DNA of 64,000 nt, taken from contig CM022666.1 of assembly GCA_012295275.1 (NCBI GenBank), positions 5,518,001-5,582,000 on the forward strand, given 5' to 3'. Source of the stretch: Chrysomallon squamiferum. Its lineage: Eukaryota; Animalia; Mollusca. Below are positions 46,296-61,892 of this stretch, piece by piece (within the stretch, counting starts at the first letter, position 1; each line of letters starts with the position of its first letter). The notes under the pieces are model-generated. The model was not told the DNA's origin, did no database searches, and saw only the letters and a program-made list of their open reading frames with translations. Both the position numbers and the translations under genes were made by a program.

Positions 46296-46911
46296 GGCGT
46301 GTCGTTTCCTGACAACTTTTCACTTGACGATTAAACATGTATGAGAAGGAAACGAAAACAGTTTCAATGATGTTCACGTTGTTAAAAGATTAAGGCGTGT
46401 CTTCCTGCTTAAACATTAGAAACATGGCCTGTATAAACAGAAAGAAAGAAAGAAGATAGAGAAGAAAAATAAAGAAGATGAAACAACAGAAAATGAAAGA
46501 ATTTATCCAGTGATGACACAAAGTTCTATCAAATATAATTTTAAAAGTGAAAGTGCATTTGTCTTAGTTGTGTTTATGTGAGAACTCAGATTATATTTGT
46601 ATAAATCTGAGTATGTTTAATAGAATAATAGAAGTGATATTTTTTCTTATATTAGTTAAAATTCAAATTTCATTTGATACGAATTGTTTTATATTCACTG
46701 TGGCATCAGATTCTCTGAGATATTATGTACATATGTCTATAGAGATTTGCTTCCATAATCTATAAGATATAACTGGAATTTAGTTGTGTCATAACAGGAC
46801 TTTTCATTGCAATAAGATAAAATAAAAATCTGAGTTTTTAAAAAAAAACTAAAAAATAGACTTGGATATTAGTAAAAGTAAATATTGTCTTTCACAATCA
46901 CTTGTTCTTAC

Positions 46912-47102
46912 CTTTCTTTGAGTCAAATCGAGGGGAGGTAATCCAGTCTGCCAAACAGCGAAAACGTCAAAGCGGAGTGAAATGAAATTCAGTGACAGCG
47001 TTCTGTGTGATATTCGGTTTGATGTTTGTGGTTGATATTTTGTTGTTTGCTCATCGGATGGCCAAGACAATCTCCTTCGCTAAGCTTCTCCTGTACGGGT
47101 AC
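46912..47102 (-). pseudogene. Orphan exon-like segment of a third, unidentified gene
   Basis: A single-copy GC-richer 191 nt segment bounded by attcag and gtaaga on the minus strand. The best-looking frame, YPYRRSLAKEIVLAIR*ANNK...FHFTPL*RFRCLADWITSPRFDSKK, has two TGA stops. Confidence 0.45.
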
Positions 47103-47250
47103 CTGAATATGTGGATTATAAGGAAACAGGTAATTAATTATTTGTTTATGGACACTTCAGTGCATATTATTAGTAGTAATTAATGAAAGGTATTTAATTT
47201 TTTATTGAAGTAATCACACATTTAATGTGAAAGATATGTAAATTAATGTT

Positions 47251-47305
<55 letters not shown>

Positions 47306-47701
47306 TGATGATGATGATAATAACAACAACAACAATATTTACAAAAATCTACTAATATTAACAGTTTAACATTTAAATAAAATTAGTTAGGTTTTATTTG
47401 TTATATTGTTAAATTACTTTTTATATCAGTTATTTTAATACGTAATTGTATCATTGTCATTATTACTAAAACTAGTACTAATACTATTACTACTATTTCT
47501 ACTGCTACACTACTACTGCTATTACTATTACTACTACTGTTGTTATTATGACTAGCGCCACTACTATTATTACTATTACTTCTACTACTACTATTAATTT
47601 TCTAATTATTATTATTACAGATACTACCACAATTATTGCAACAAAACCAACTACTGCTACTACAACTACTAATAATGCTATTATTATTATTATTATTATT
47701 A

Positions 47702-47744
<43 letters not shown>

Positions 47745-50634
47745 TGTTATTATTATTATTATAATTATTAATTATTATTATTATTAGTAGTAGTAGTGTA
47801 GTAGTAGTAGTAGTAGTAGTAGTAGTTGTAGTAACTGTTGTTGTTATAGTTGTTTATTTACATACACTATTAGTCATCCAGTATTTCAATAATACAAACT
47901 ATGAATTATCTTGTCAGCTGAAGATGAAGATGACGATGATGTATTGAGAGAGAAAAGTGAAAAACCTAAATCTGTGTTTGAAGATATTCGACTACGTGTT
48001 AAGAAATTGTGTATTCAGATGAGTACTACGTTTACCTGTCTCCGTATATGTATATATATATATATATATCAGAGAATGCTAAGGAAGACAACTCTTTCCT
48101 ACTCAGTGACCTTTATCTCAAGAAAAGCTTGTTGTTGCTGTTGTTGTTAATGTAGTATCATTATTATTATTATTATTGTTATTGTTGTTGTTATTTATAA
48201 CTATTGTTATTGTATCATTGTTGTTGATGAACTTTTTTCGCAGTTAATATTTTGTTCCAGTTTTATTTTTCATCCAGGTAGTCCAAACACTTTTTATCCC
48301 AAATGCTGTTGTCACTGTAGTTGTGTGTCTCCTTGTTTATGGCGGTGTATACGTGACAGAGGTTGTCTAACCAAGCAAAGTTTCAACAGACTGGGTCTCC
48401 ATCACGATATGGTAAGTGCTATCTGTGAATTTATTTATTTATTTTTAAATAATTTAAAAAATAAATGGTCATACTTCTTTTTTTAGATGATTGTTTTTTA
48501 TCCATGGGTAACTGGAAATATGGCAAAAGTTGCAGAATAATATAATTTAAACATCCAGAATACAGTATTATTCCAGTACATTACATATCATGTAGTTTAT
48601 ATTTACAGGGAGACAGTATTAAATATTACATTATATACCATGTAATTTATACGACGAGAGATACGGTGTTAGGTTTTATTTGTTATATTGTTAAATTACT
48701 TTTTTTATCAGTTATTTTAATACGTAATTTGATCATTCTCATTATTACTAAGACTAGTACTAATACTATTACTACTCTCCACTGCTTCACTACTACTGCT
48801 ATTACTATTACTACTACTGTTGTTGTTATTATGACTAGCGCCACTACTATTATTACTATTACTTCTACTATTTCTATTAATTTTATAATTATTATTATTA
48901 CACATGCTACCACTTTTATTGCAACAACACCAACTACTGCAACTACCACTAGTAATACTGCTATTATTATTATTATTATTATTGTTATTATTATTGTTAT
49001 TTTATTTTTATTATTATTATTATTTTTAATTATTATTATTATTATTATTACTGTTATTGTTATTATTATTATTAATTATTATTATTACTAGTAGGAGTTG
49101 AAGTAGTAGTAGCAGCAGTAGTAGCAGTAGTTGTATTATAGCTGTTGTCATTGTTGTTGTTTTTATTTACATACACTATTAGTCATCCAGTATTTCTATA
49201 ATACAAACTATGAATTATCTTGTCAGCTGATGATGAAGGTGACGATGACGTATTTAGAGAGAAAACTGAAAAATCTAAATCTCTGTTTGAAAATATTCGA
49301 CTAGGTGTTAAGAAATTCTGTATTCAGGTGACTATTAAGTTTACCTGTCTCCATATATATAATCAGAGAATGCTAAGGAAGACAACTCTTTCAGACTCAT
49401 TGACCTTTATCTCAAGAAATGCTTGTTGTTGCTATTGTTGTTAATGTAATATCACTATTATTATTATTATTGTTGTTGTTGTTGTTATTTATAACTCTTA
49501 TTTTTTTCTATCATGGTTGTTGATGAACTGTTTTCGCAGTTAATGTTTTGTTTCAGTTTTAGTTTTCATCTAAACACTTTTTATACCAAATGCTGTTGTC
49601 ACTGTAGTTGTGTGTCTCCTTGTTTATGGCGGTGTACACGTGTCAGAGGTTGTGCTAACCAAGCAAAGTTTCAAAAGACTGGGTCTCCATCACGATATGG
49701 TAAGTTTGATCTGTGAGTTTTGGGTGTTTTTTTTAAATACTTCTTTTTTAGTTGATTTCTTGTTTTAATCCATATGTAACTGGAAATGAAACAAAAGTTA
49801 CAGAATGACGTAATTTGAACATCCAGGATACAGCATTATTCCAGTACAGTACATACCATGTAATTTATATGTTCAAGTAGGGATACATTAATAAAGATTA
49901 ATAGAGTACAGTACTTACCATGTACTTTATGTATCCGGGGATAGATAGAAAATGAAAGAATTTAACCAGTCACGTCAGAGAGTTTGATCAAATATAATTT
50001 TAAAACTGTAAGTGCATTTGTCTTAGTTGTGTTTATGTGAGAACTCAGATTATATTTGTACATATCTGATTGTGTTCAGTATTCTTAAAAACACTAAGAA
50101 AAGTAATATGTTTTCTTATATTTGTTTAAATTTTTATTATCTGTTTTTATAATTTACTTAATTTACTGGATCTACAGAAGGTAAATTATTTCTAAGATGG
50201 TCTCTTGAATATTAATATTCTTTTAATTTCTTTTATTTGTTTGTATGTGATCATTATAGATACTTTATTGTTATCATTATTAGTTGAACTATTGATTTAT
50301 TAAATTAATTAATGAATTTGTTTTTTGTGTACAGTTTTATTTAATTTATAGTTGTTATTACTTAATTACTTATCCTTATTAATTATTAATAAATTAATTA
50401 TATATATATATATATTCTATTTCTTTCATATATATATGAACTAAACTTATTCCATGAAATTAATTCTTTCTTATTTACTTTCTCTCTTTTCATCTTTTAA
50501 CAGATCTGGTTTTGTCAGGCTAAGAATAATTTTTGAAACCAGCGTGGATCAGACAATGAAAGATACATAAAAAGAAATTAATTAAAAAACCTAAAAATGT
50601 TACATTCTCATAAGTAAGAACAAAGGTTGTCATG

Positions 50635-51135
50635 GTCATCATCCTACATCATCATTCAGATTTTCACTGTCAACATCATTATTCAGAACTTTACTGTCCA
50701 GATCCTCATTCAAAAATTCAGTGTCAACCTCATCGTTCATAATTTTATTGTCTACATCATCATCCAGAATTTTATTAACAAAATACTCACTGACAGTCCT
50801 CATCATTCACAAAAGATGGACTCTGCTTCAGGTTTTATTTACTATTATTTTAGGTTTTACTCACATTATACAATTGATGTTCTTGTACAACAGATGTTCT
50901 ATTTACAATGGATGTTCTTGTACAATAGATGTTCTATGTACAACAGATGTTCTATTTACAATGGATGTTCTATGTACAATAGATGTTATATTTACAATGG
51001 ATGTTCTTGTACACTGGATGTTCTAGTACAGTTGATGTTCTAAGTACAATATGTGTTCTTCTGCAGTGGATGTTCTACAGTCTATGTCCTGTGTGAAAAG
51101 ATGATCTTGTACAGATGTTCTGTATACACTGCACG
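50635..51135. repeat. Adjacent 27-bp and 17-18-bp tandem repeats
   Basis: catcatcattcagaattttactgtcaa-like units at 50635-50790 are followed by gatgttctatttacaatg / gatgttcttgtacaata units at 50875-51135. A shorter copy lies at 13795-13920. Confidence 0.85.
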
Positions 51136-51751
51136 TTGTTCAGTGTACAGTGAATGTACTTGTATGTTGATTTTCTATATAAAGTGACTGCTGAACATTA
51201 AATCTTTATTGATTGGTTTATAATGAATAATACAAGTTAAGTGGATGTTCCTGTTAAAAAGGATTTTCTTTATACAGTATGTACTCATGCATTGAAATTA
51301 TCAGAGTAATAAATGTTTATATAGATGTTAAAATTAAAATATCATGAAATATTTGCATAATAAACAATCTGTTTAAAGCATTTTTTGTTTTTTCAGAATA
51401 AGAAATATTTTTTAGAAGCATTTCACAATCATAAATATAATTATTTATAATTTTATGATCATTAATTTTATTATCTCTGTCATCATCATAATTACTACTA
51501 CTGTTACTACTATTAGTATTACTAAATAAACAACATTATTAGTATTATTCTTACTACTACTACTATTTATGTTAGTGCTGCTGCTGCTACTGCTATTAAA
51601 TTTATTATCATCATTATTATTATTGTTTGATGTTGACATTGTTGTTAAATAAAGACTACAGTGATACCTCTGTTCACCTGTTCATTAATTTTATTACTTG
51701 GATATTTACTTTAAAAGAAATACAAATGTCTTGTTCTGAATTTGTCATTTT

Positions 51752-51782
<31 letters not shown>

Positions 51783-52391
51783 TCAATATCAAGTAAAATT
51801 AATAAGAGCATTTTTCAATACTTTTCAGTTCTACACCATTCAATGACATCATTTAAACTTTTATTTTGTAAAGCAAAATTTGTATACTTTATAGACAGTG
51901 TGTTAAATATTCCTGTTATATAACAATGAACATATCACATACTTATATAGATAAACATACATGCGTGCACACACACACACACAGAGATATATCATGATCC
52001 GAGCAATGTTGATAAATAGCTGTTTGCTAAGCGGGGCAGGTCATACAAAATGCACGGCCCTCGTATTTACGACTTACAATGACGTCGCAGGCTGGGAAAT
52101 GTGTACCTATCTTGCTATTGCCCCGATATCGTATTTCAGAACGTTCACAACTTGTTTAAATGACGCTGTTACTGCTATCTCTAGTCTGTATAAACACGCT
52201 GAACAACTGACACAATTTTCTATCATTTATTTAGGGCTAGACGACTGAAAAGTCATTAAATACAAAATAATAAACTACTTGGTTAATATATGCTTTTATT
52301 TCTTTGTTTCTGTTCATGCACGTACATCACATGTACTTGATGTTGTCTAGTTTCTATCATAAAACAACTCAGGACAAATTGAACGAGAAAC

Positions 52392-52435
<44 letters not shown>

Positions 52436-53021
52436 CGCGCTCTAATAGTATGTGACTTGTTTGTATTGTATTGCTGTTTGTTGTTTGTTATTTCAGGGAT
52501 TTTTCCAGCTGGTCTTTGCTCTGAATAAAGTTGTGCAGTAAGTTAATAAACTGCGAATATTAACTAAATTTACATAATAGTATGTACATGTGTATAAAAT
52601 GACTTTGTAGATGTACCACAATTCACGTTTACCTAAGTTATTTTTTATGAGTGCCCTTCCACTTTCTCACGTCACTGACTAAACTGCGCATATCGGTGTC
52701 TATTCTAGACCACAATACCACCCTATTTCGCGTGCTTAATACACCTGAGCTAAAGCTAAAGATATTAGTTCCCTCATTGTTGGTACACAGACCTCAACCT
52801 TGACTAGAATCCCAGGCATGCGATAGTAGTATTATATGTCAGTAGTATTACAGTTAGTGTGTCTTGTCGGAAACGTGAACTGTGGTTCAGGGTTCGGCGA
52901 GGAATTTAGTCCAGCCTGTCAGCTGAACACTTGGACACCAATTATTACATTCATTTTCTTTTTTCTTTAAATCTCCAGACCAAAGCATCCATTTTTGGTG
53001 CTCGGTTTTGAAGAGAGAGAG

Positions 53022-53125
<104 letters not shown>

Positions 53126-54133
53126 AGAGAAGAGAAGAGAAGAGAAGAGATTTTTATAAAAATATGCGAATTTGAGAAGTTTGTTACTCGGAAACCGCTT
53201 GTCTGATCATGTTTATATTAACATTTTGTCATTGTCTGAACTGATGATGCCGGTACTTAAACACGTGCATTGTACCCGTTTGTACCATTTATTTCGAGAC
53301 ATTAACTACTGAATTTTTGTTTATATAATTTGTAAGAAAGACAAGATCGTTATGCGACGTTATTTTTTTTAATTTTGTATTTTATATTTATAATTTATCG
53401 ATGAATTGAGTGAATATCTTTAACATATAAACTTTATTTATTAATTGATTTATTTAATTATCTGTTTATCTGTTTGTTTGTTTATTTTTATTTCATTTCA
53501 TTTTATTATTTTTTCTGTTAATTAATTTATTTATTTCACTTTACTTTTTATCACTTTTTATTTATTTTACGGTATTTTACTTTATTTATTTATTTATTTA
53601 ACTGAACAGTTAATATTCCATAATTCTTTGTGTTTTAAACTGAATTTTAATTTTTCTTTATTTTTCGTTTTATAAAATAAAAGATGTTGCCTAACTAATA
53701 AACCCACCTAGGTAGACATTAAAAAAAAAAAATTAATAAAAAAAAAAGGTGTCGGTGTTCATTTTCATTTTCAACAACAGTAAGAACAACAACAACAACA
53801 AATTTATTTAATAATAATAATGTATTCAAACTTTGTGAATCCGTCTATTAGTAATTCAGTGACGTAACATCTATTTATAGCCCAGTTGAGGAATAAAATG
53901 ACTATTTATTACACATCTGAAATATTCAAGGGAGGAAAAAAGAAGCCAACAACATAGAGTTCATATGTCGTTATTAAAAACATTGGCAACTATTCAAAAA
54001 TATTTTAAATAATATGTATGAGTGTTGGGGGTGTGAATTTAACAAATTTAATTGACAAAATATATAATTTCTATTTATATGGACCAAAATAACTAAACAG
54101 CAACAACAACAACGACAATAATAAATAAACACA

Positions 54134-54164
<31 letters not shown>

Positions 54165-54196
54165 ATGAATAAATAAATAAATAAATAAATAATAAC

Positions 54197-54238
<42 letters not shown>

Positions 54239-54418
54239 TAATTAATTAATTAATTAATAACGATTATAATAAAGGTTATTATAATAGTTTTAAGCGTAAG
54301 GTGGTGAATCTAAGCTGCTCAACTTCAACAGAATAGAGTTGAGATAATAATACACATTTTTATTTAATTTAACAATTTTTATATATTTATAGAATGTAAT
54401 GTATGTGTTTGTTTACAT

Positions 54419-54491
54419 ACAGTGTCACTGACTTTCAGGTAGTCAACAGCTGAAATGTAGGAAAAAAAAATGTTCCTGATGTCTTCCAACT
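54419..54491 (-). pseudogene. Inverted TNF THD fragment
   Basis: The reverse complement reads VGRHQEHF.. followed by SYISAVDYLKVSDT. Confidence 0.8.
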
Positions 54492-55809
54492 AAAGAATAA
54501 TATACTAAAATGATCTGTGAATATTCAAAGCCTGATAAACATAAAAAAAAATACCTTCACTGGTAATATCTGTAAAACAAAAATATGAACACATGTGTAA
54601 TCTAATAAGAAAGTATATATATATATATATATATACATACACACAACTTTTATTGTACACTAGAACACAACAAACACAAGACACTTTTAAAACTGTATTC
54701 AGTATAGCAGAAAAGAATAATGTAGATGGATAGAATGATTGTAATCGGTCACAACAATCACATACGGGTTAACACAGAAGGGCAAACATCTACATATCTA
54801 GTTACACAGTGCGTTCAGTGGACAGCGACAGTTCCGCTCGAATTGTTCCACAGTTCTTCCCTCACAAAACCGAACAAAACAAAAAAAGTCTCTCGGATAT
54901 ATGATGAAAAAGTGACTCAAGATATTTTGTGTTCTCGACCTTGCAGCTTGACGTGTGTGGCCAGATCTTTGTTTGAAACCAGAGTCCGTAACACCTACCA
55001 CTCCGAGGTGATAATTAATCCCGAAAAAAAAGTCACAATTTTTTATTAAGAAATATATTAGCAATGAAAGATAGATTAAACACATTTAGTCAGAGTATTT
55101 TGTTAATGTTTTTCTGATTCTAATGTTGATGGTTTAGTCACGACATCACGAAGAAATTCTGCCGCAGCATACACGAACCCTTCATGACAGATTTTGATAC
55201 CAGCCTTATTGGTATGAAAAACTTCCATATTAAACATACAGCGAAACACATTTTAACTGGAAATAAAACAAAAGTGGCAGAATAATATAATTAAAATATT
55301 CAGAATACAGTATTATTCCAGTACATTACATATCATGTAATTTATATTTACAGGGAGACAGTATTAAATATTATATAATTAAGTACAGTATATACCATAT
55401 AATTTATATATCCAGGAATATAGTATTAAATAATATATAATAAAATACAGTACATACCATGTAATTTATATATTCAAAGATATAATATTACAGATTCAGT
55501 ATTGCAAATAATATGTATTCTGTGTATCATTTTATAAATAAATGAGGTCCTGTGGTGTAGAGTATAAATGAATACATTAATGTGTATATCCAAGGATATA
55601 ATATACAAAAATATTACAGTACATATCATGTAATTTATAAATCAAATGATATAATATTAAAGATTCAGTGTATGATATTATAAACTGACATACTGTGTGT
55701 AGAATATACAATGTATCTGAATATATATCTTTTTAAATTTCAGAATGATTCATAGACCTTAAAGAATAATAGAGTGCAGTGCATACCATGTAATTTATAT
55801 TACTTGATA

Positions 55810-56203
55810 TTATTGTTTGACACAGACTGTAAAGTAAAATGAAACCAAATAGTTCAGTTATTGTCATTTCTCTTATGTTACTAAATTTGATACTCATCAG
55901 TCTCATGAATATGTTAAATGCTAAAAAAAAAAAAAAAAAAAAAAAACCAAACAAAAAAAGCAAAAAAGAAAAGAAAGTTTTATGTTGAAATTTTTAAATT
56001 CTATATAAAAATATTAAAAAGTTGAGTTCATTATGAATTAAATTGAGAAAGAAGATCCATATACGTTTAATAATATAATATTATGAAAAGGAGGAATTCA
56101 TTGTGCTGAAAAATATTTATAAATTTAAAATTAATTTAATATAGACGAAATTTAAAATGGTTATTAATATTCTTTTCAGAAACTGTTTGAAAGTCATACA
56201 AAA
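55810..56203 (+). pseudogene. Internally deleted TNF remnant
   Basis: cagttattgtcatttctcttatgttactaaatttgatactcatcag is an ATG-exon piece, followed by intron 2 and a partial 37-nt exon from 56180. Confidence 0.75.
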
Positions 56204-56335
56204 TAATGTATTCAGACTTTGGGAATCCATCTATTAGTAATTAGGCTGACGTAACATCCATTTATAGCCCAGTTGAAGAATAAAATGAGTATTTATTACT
56301 TCTCGGAAATCTTCTTGGGAGGAAAAAACAGAACG

Positions 56336-56541
56336 TGTGTGTGTATGTGTTTGTGTATGGGTATGGATATGTGTGTGTGTGTGTCTGGATATGGATCTGT
56401 GTGTGTGTGTGTGTGTCTGGGTATGAATCTGTGTGTGTGTGTTTGTATGGGTGTGTGTGTCTGGGTATGTATCTGTGTGTGTGTGTTTGTATGTGTGTGT
56501 GTGTCTGGGTATGGATCTGTGTGTGTGTGTCTGGGTATGGA

Positions 56542-56589
<48 letters not shown>

Positions 56590-56590
56590 T
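56336..56590. repeat. (GT)n-CTGGGTATGGATCT composite minisatellite (also 27922-28112)
   Basis: ctgggtatggatct recurs, separated by variable GT runs. Confidence 0.9.
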
Positions 56591-56690
56591 GAATTTAACA
56601 AATTTGATTGAAAAAAATGTATAGTCTCTCTTTATATGGACCAAAGTAACTAACTAGCAACAACAACAACAACAATATTAAATAATCGAA

Positions 56691-56737
<47 letters not shown>

Positions 56738-56908
56738 TAATATTAATTAATTAATTAATAACGGTTATTATAATGGTTTTAAGCGTAAGGTGGTGAATCT
56801 AAGCTGCTCAACTTCAACAGAATAGAGTTGAGATAATAATAAACATTTATTTAATTTAACAATTTTATATATTTGTAAAATGCAAGTAATGTATGTGTAT
56901 GTGTATAT

Positions 56909-56980
56909 ACATTGTCACAGCTTTTCAGGTAGTCAACACCAGTGTATGAAGCAACACAACTTTCTCGATGCATTCGTACT
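56909..56980 (-). pseudogene. Inverted TNF THD fragment
   Basis: VRMHRESCVASYTGVDYLKSCDN lies within ORF 56851-57051. Confidence 0.8.
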
Positions 56981-57769
56981 AAAGTATAATCTGCTAAAAT
57001 GATCTGTGAGTATTCAAAGCCTGACAAACATAAAAACAAAATTCCCTGCACTGGTAATATCTATTAAACAAAAGTATGAACACATGCATAATCTAATAAG
57101 AAAGCATATATATGTATTTATACACCCTTTATTGTACACTTGAATACAACAAATACAAGACACTTTTAAAACTGTATTGAATATAGCAGTAAAGAATAAT
57201 GTAGATGGATAGAATAATTGTAATCGATCGCAACAATGACATACGGATTAATACAGAAGAGCGAACATATACATAACTAGCTACATAGTGCGTTCAGTGG
57301 ATAGCGACCGTTACCCTGGAATTGTTCCACAGTTGTTGCCTAACGAAAAATAAAATTATCCTATTTTTTTTAATGAAAAAGGTGACCTTTCAGTTTGACG
57401 TGTGTCGTCAGATCTTTCTTTGAAACCAGAGCCGGTTACACCTACCACTCCGACGTGATAATTAATCCCGAAAAAAAGTCACAATTTTTAATTAAGAAAT
57501 GTATTAGCAATGAAAGATAGATTAAACATATTTTGTTAATGGTTTTTTTTATTTTAATGTTGATGGTTTAGTCTGACGTTCCACTCGATATCACGAAAAA
57601 ATTCTGACGCAGCATACACGAACCGTTCATAACAGATTTTGATATCACCGTTATTGGTATGAATAACTTCCATATTAAACATACTTCTGATACTAGAGCA
57701 AGCTGGAGAATATATAGTAAAACACAATTTAACTGGAAATAAGACGAAAGTTCCAGAATAATATAATTT

Positions 57770-58450
57770 AAACATCCTGAATACAGTATTATTTCAGTAC
57801 ATTACATATCATGTAGTTTATATTTACATAGAGACTGTATTAAATATTATGTAATTAAGTACAGTACATACCATGTAATTTATACGTCTAGAGATACGGT
57901 GTTAAAGATTAATAGACTGCAGTACATACCAGGTAATTTCTGTATCCAGTATTAAAGATTAATAGACTGCAGTATATACCTTGTAATTTATATATCCAGG
58001 AATATAGTATTAAATAATATGTAATAAAATACAGTACATACCATATAATTTATATATTCAAAGATATAATATTACAGATTCAGTATTGCAAATAATATGT
58101 ATTCTGTGTATCATTTTGTAAACAAATGAGGTCCTGTGGTGTAGAGTATAAATGAGTACATTAATGTGTATATCCAAGGATATAATATACAAAAATATTA
58201 CAGTACATATCATATAACTTATATATCCAGGAATACAGCATTAAAGATTAGTAGAGTGCAGTACATACCATGTAACTTATATACCAAGTGATACAGTATT
58301 ATTCCAGTACTGTAACCTTAAAGATCGTTACAATACAGTATGTATCCTGTAATTTACAAATCAAATGATGTAATATTAAAGATTCAGCTTAGCAAATACC
58401 CTGTGTATGATATTATAAAAGTGACATACTGTGGTGTAGAATATACAGTG
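57770..58450. repeat. Degenerate ~55-60-bp tandem repeat in the gene X intron
   Basis: Unit is approximately cagtacataccatgtaatttatatatccagggatacagtattaaagattaatagagtg. It is also at 12420-12705, 14310-14640, 45135-45750, 49820-49940 and 55300-55800. Confidence 0.85.
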
Positions 58451-58480
58451 TATTTGAATATATATTTTTTTAAATTTCAG

Positions 58481-58797
58481 AACGGATTCATAGACCTCCA
58501 AGCTGAAATGATCCACAGTCGACTTGTTTCTCATGCAGAACAAATAAAGACAGCGGAACTTCCTTTGTACCAGAGCTGGATGGCAGCGTATTTAGAACGT
58601 CATGAACGTGCACTGCAACTACACCAGCAGCAGCTGACAACACTGCAGTTTGTACACAATGAGACGTACTGTACCTACTTGGTCAACCTCGGCATGGACA
58701 TCAGCTGCAATGTAGAGGGAAGCAAACAGCAGCGGGAGTACGTCATCTCAGCGACTGGATGTCAGCTTAATCCAGTGTGGCCCAAGTTTTATATAAG
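58481..58797 (+). pseudogene. Gene X exon 3 (complete orphan copy, 317 nt, unidentified protein)
   Basis: It has a tttcag acceptor, the open frame NGFIDLQAEM...LNPVWPKFYI, an AG|gtgatt donor (phase 0 to 2), and coding-like base composition. No adjacent X2 or X4 exon is present. Confidence 0.75.
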
Positions 58798-58805
58798 GTG
58801 ATTAC

Positions 58806-58947
<142 letters not shown>

Positions 58948-60104
58948 AGCAGCAGCCGCAGCAGCAGCAATCGTAATATTAATAATAACGAGAACTACAA
59001 CAATAAAAACAAGTAATAAATGCACGTAGTTTAAACTTTGACGTGTGATCTACGCGATGCAGTGATCTACACTGATCAAATTCTACGCGCTTATTTTAGT
59101 TATTATTTTGTTTTTCTTGGTTTTTTATTACCTCGGTTTGACGATGTAATTTGTTCCAAATTTCTGATCGTTAAGCGGGAGACTAATTTACACAGAACTG
59201 ATGTTAAAAACAGTGGTTCTCGCTGATGAGATTTCACATAAAACATATATATATATTTTTAAATAAATACAGAAAAATAAATAACTTTATAGATCATAGA
59301 TATTAAACAAACAGTAAATCATTTACAAATCAATTTATACAAATAAATTAAGAAATAATTATATGCCACTCATTGTGGGTTCATTTTTGTGGGTTTTGTG
59401 TTCATTTAAAATATCGTGTTTTGTTTCTAAAGTTATTGTCTTCCGTTTCGTTTTATCATCAGCATATCTATTCGTGATACACAGACTACATGTTTTCCTT
59501 TTGTTGTTTATGATTTAGTTGACACAGGAATGGAAGTTACGCTGTACTCTTTATTTAACAATAACGACAAAAGCAGCCACAACAACGACAACAACTATTA
59601 TTACTACCACAACTACAACAACTACTATTACTACTACTATTACAACAACAATTATAGCAATAACTACTATAATATGTAGGTTATTTATGAACAATACAAA
59701 CAGACAAAAAAATACATGTAATAACTTTGCTCATTTTATTCATAGTATATTAAATGACTATACGAAATCTATAGCGAAAAATTAAAAACGACAGAAGAAA
59801 AAACATTAAGTAATAAACTTAAATAAAACAGACGACATTTACTCTTAGCCAATCAAAAATGATCGAGTGAGCTGGTAGAGAATATGATACGATCTTTTCA
59901 ATATGCTTGACTGATATCTACATACAGCTTGGGTGGGAAGCCCAGTTCCCGAAGAAAATTATTTTTCTCTGAAAGGAGGTCGACGACGCCATACGACCTT
60001 TTCAAAGTAGCTGGTATAAAAATCAACGAAACCTGTCAGAGAGCGTTTCTGTCCTAGACGTGCTTCACGTGAACACAGAGGCAGCCTAATTTAGGTAAGT
60101 ACAT

Positions 60105-60600
60105 GTTTTACTTATTTCATAGGTTATATATATTTATATAAAATTATAATTTCATTTACTTCATAGCATATATATATTTATGTAGAATTATAATTTCATT
60201 TATTTCATAGGTTATATATATTTATATAAAAGTATAATTTCACTGATTTCACAGGTTAAATTTATTTACATAAAATTATAATTTCACTGATTTCATAGAT
60301 TATATATATTTATATAAAGTATAATTTCACTCATTTCACAGGTTATATTTAATTATATAAAATTATATTTTCACTTATTTCGTAGGTTATATATATTTAT
60401 ATAAAATTATAATTTCACTTATTTCATAGGTTATGTATATTTATATAAAATTTGAATTTCAGTTATTTCATAGGTTATATATATATATTTATATAAAATT
60501 ATAATTTCAGTTATTTCATTGATTATATATATTTATATAAAAGTATTATTTCACTTATTTCATAGGTTATATATATTTATATAAAATTATAATTTCACTA
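60105..60600. repeat. AT-rich ~41-44-bp VNTR upstream of TNF copy C (about 12 units)
   Basis: Unit is approximately ttcacttatttcataggttatatatatttatataaaattataat. Confidence 0.9.
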
Positions 60601-61892
60601 TGCTGTTTAGGATTTATGCACGCCCTAATTTCATGTGTATAGTATAATATTAAGTGATATTACACCGACTTGTAATGTAAGTGATATTACACCGAAAATG
60701 TGCACCTTAATGTACCAGTTCATTTTGCTGTTTAGGATTTTTCCACGCCCTAATTTCATTTGTATAATATTAAGTGATATTATCTTAATTTGAAAAAAAA
60801 AAAAAAAAAAAAAAATCCCCGTAAGGTCGATACGGTCTGGCTTGTCAAATTTGTCCGATGAACGTAGAACTTTCCGCTATTAAGCCCTACCCGAGTTCAC
60901 CGAGTGTTGTTGTTTGTTTTTTAATTTTTCACAATAAAAACACATTTTAGTGATTTAATTAAACCATCAAAATCTATCGAGCCCGAACTGTTTTCTAACT
61001 TCTTGGAAAAATAAGATGGTTTGGCTGTAGGATACTGGAAACGAGCCATCATCGCCTTCATTAGTCACGTGATCAAAATACTGCGTCTTGATTGGATATT
61101 TATTGCACTTCACGGTATTGAGTATTTGTTGCGCGCTTTGCTAACTCAAACTGTTTTTCACTTTACTTTCATTTTGTTACATTGTCTTCATTCTTGTAAA
61201 GTTACATCTTTGATTGACAATCTACAATCAAAGTTTTGCCTATACATTTGTTTTAAGAGAAAAAACAATATATTTATTTTTAATAATTTCTTTAAAATCC
61301 TACCTCTTTCCAGTGATATAAATAACTTCGGACGAAAAACTCTACTGCTTACATTCCTCAACAATTGAAGACAAACTTTGTGACATCACGTGTCCAAGGT
61401 TTACATCAGGAGGATTATCTGTTTCATTAGACATCGCTGTGGTGTCATATTGGATTTCAGTGGTGAGTATTTGTACACAGTGGTTTACAAAGCATTCACT
61501 GAAAATTGATAAATCAGGCCTCGCATTTTCAAAATAAAAACCTTTGCTATTTTTTATTTTTTTATTTTTTTGACATCGCCTAAGAATATTATCAATGTAA
61601 ATATATCCTGATATTATTTATTTTACTTTTTTCTTTGAAAGAATATTATACAGAACTATATGTACGTGTGTATATTGTATGTGAATTTTTTAAGTTTCAT
61701 ATTTGTGTATGTACAAGTGTATATTTTTGGTTTGCTGAAATAATGTGTTATATAAGTGTGTGTATATTGTGTCTGTGTACGTGTGCGGGTGTGTGTATTT
61801 ATCTTGGTATTATTTATTACTAATAACTTTTTGTTTTCTTTGGGTTATGTTTTACAGATTACTTCTAAAGGAAATAAAAGTTGTTACACAAA

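Noticed and set aside
50627-51043. 138-aa repetitive ORF (IIIQNFTVN, MYNRCS units)
   Set aside because: It is a translation of 27-bp and 17-18-bp minisatellites with frame-breaking unit lengths.
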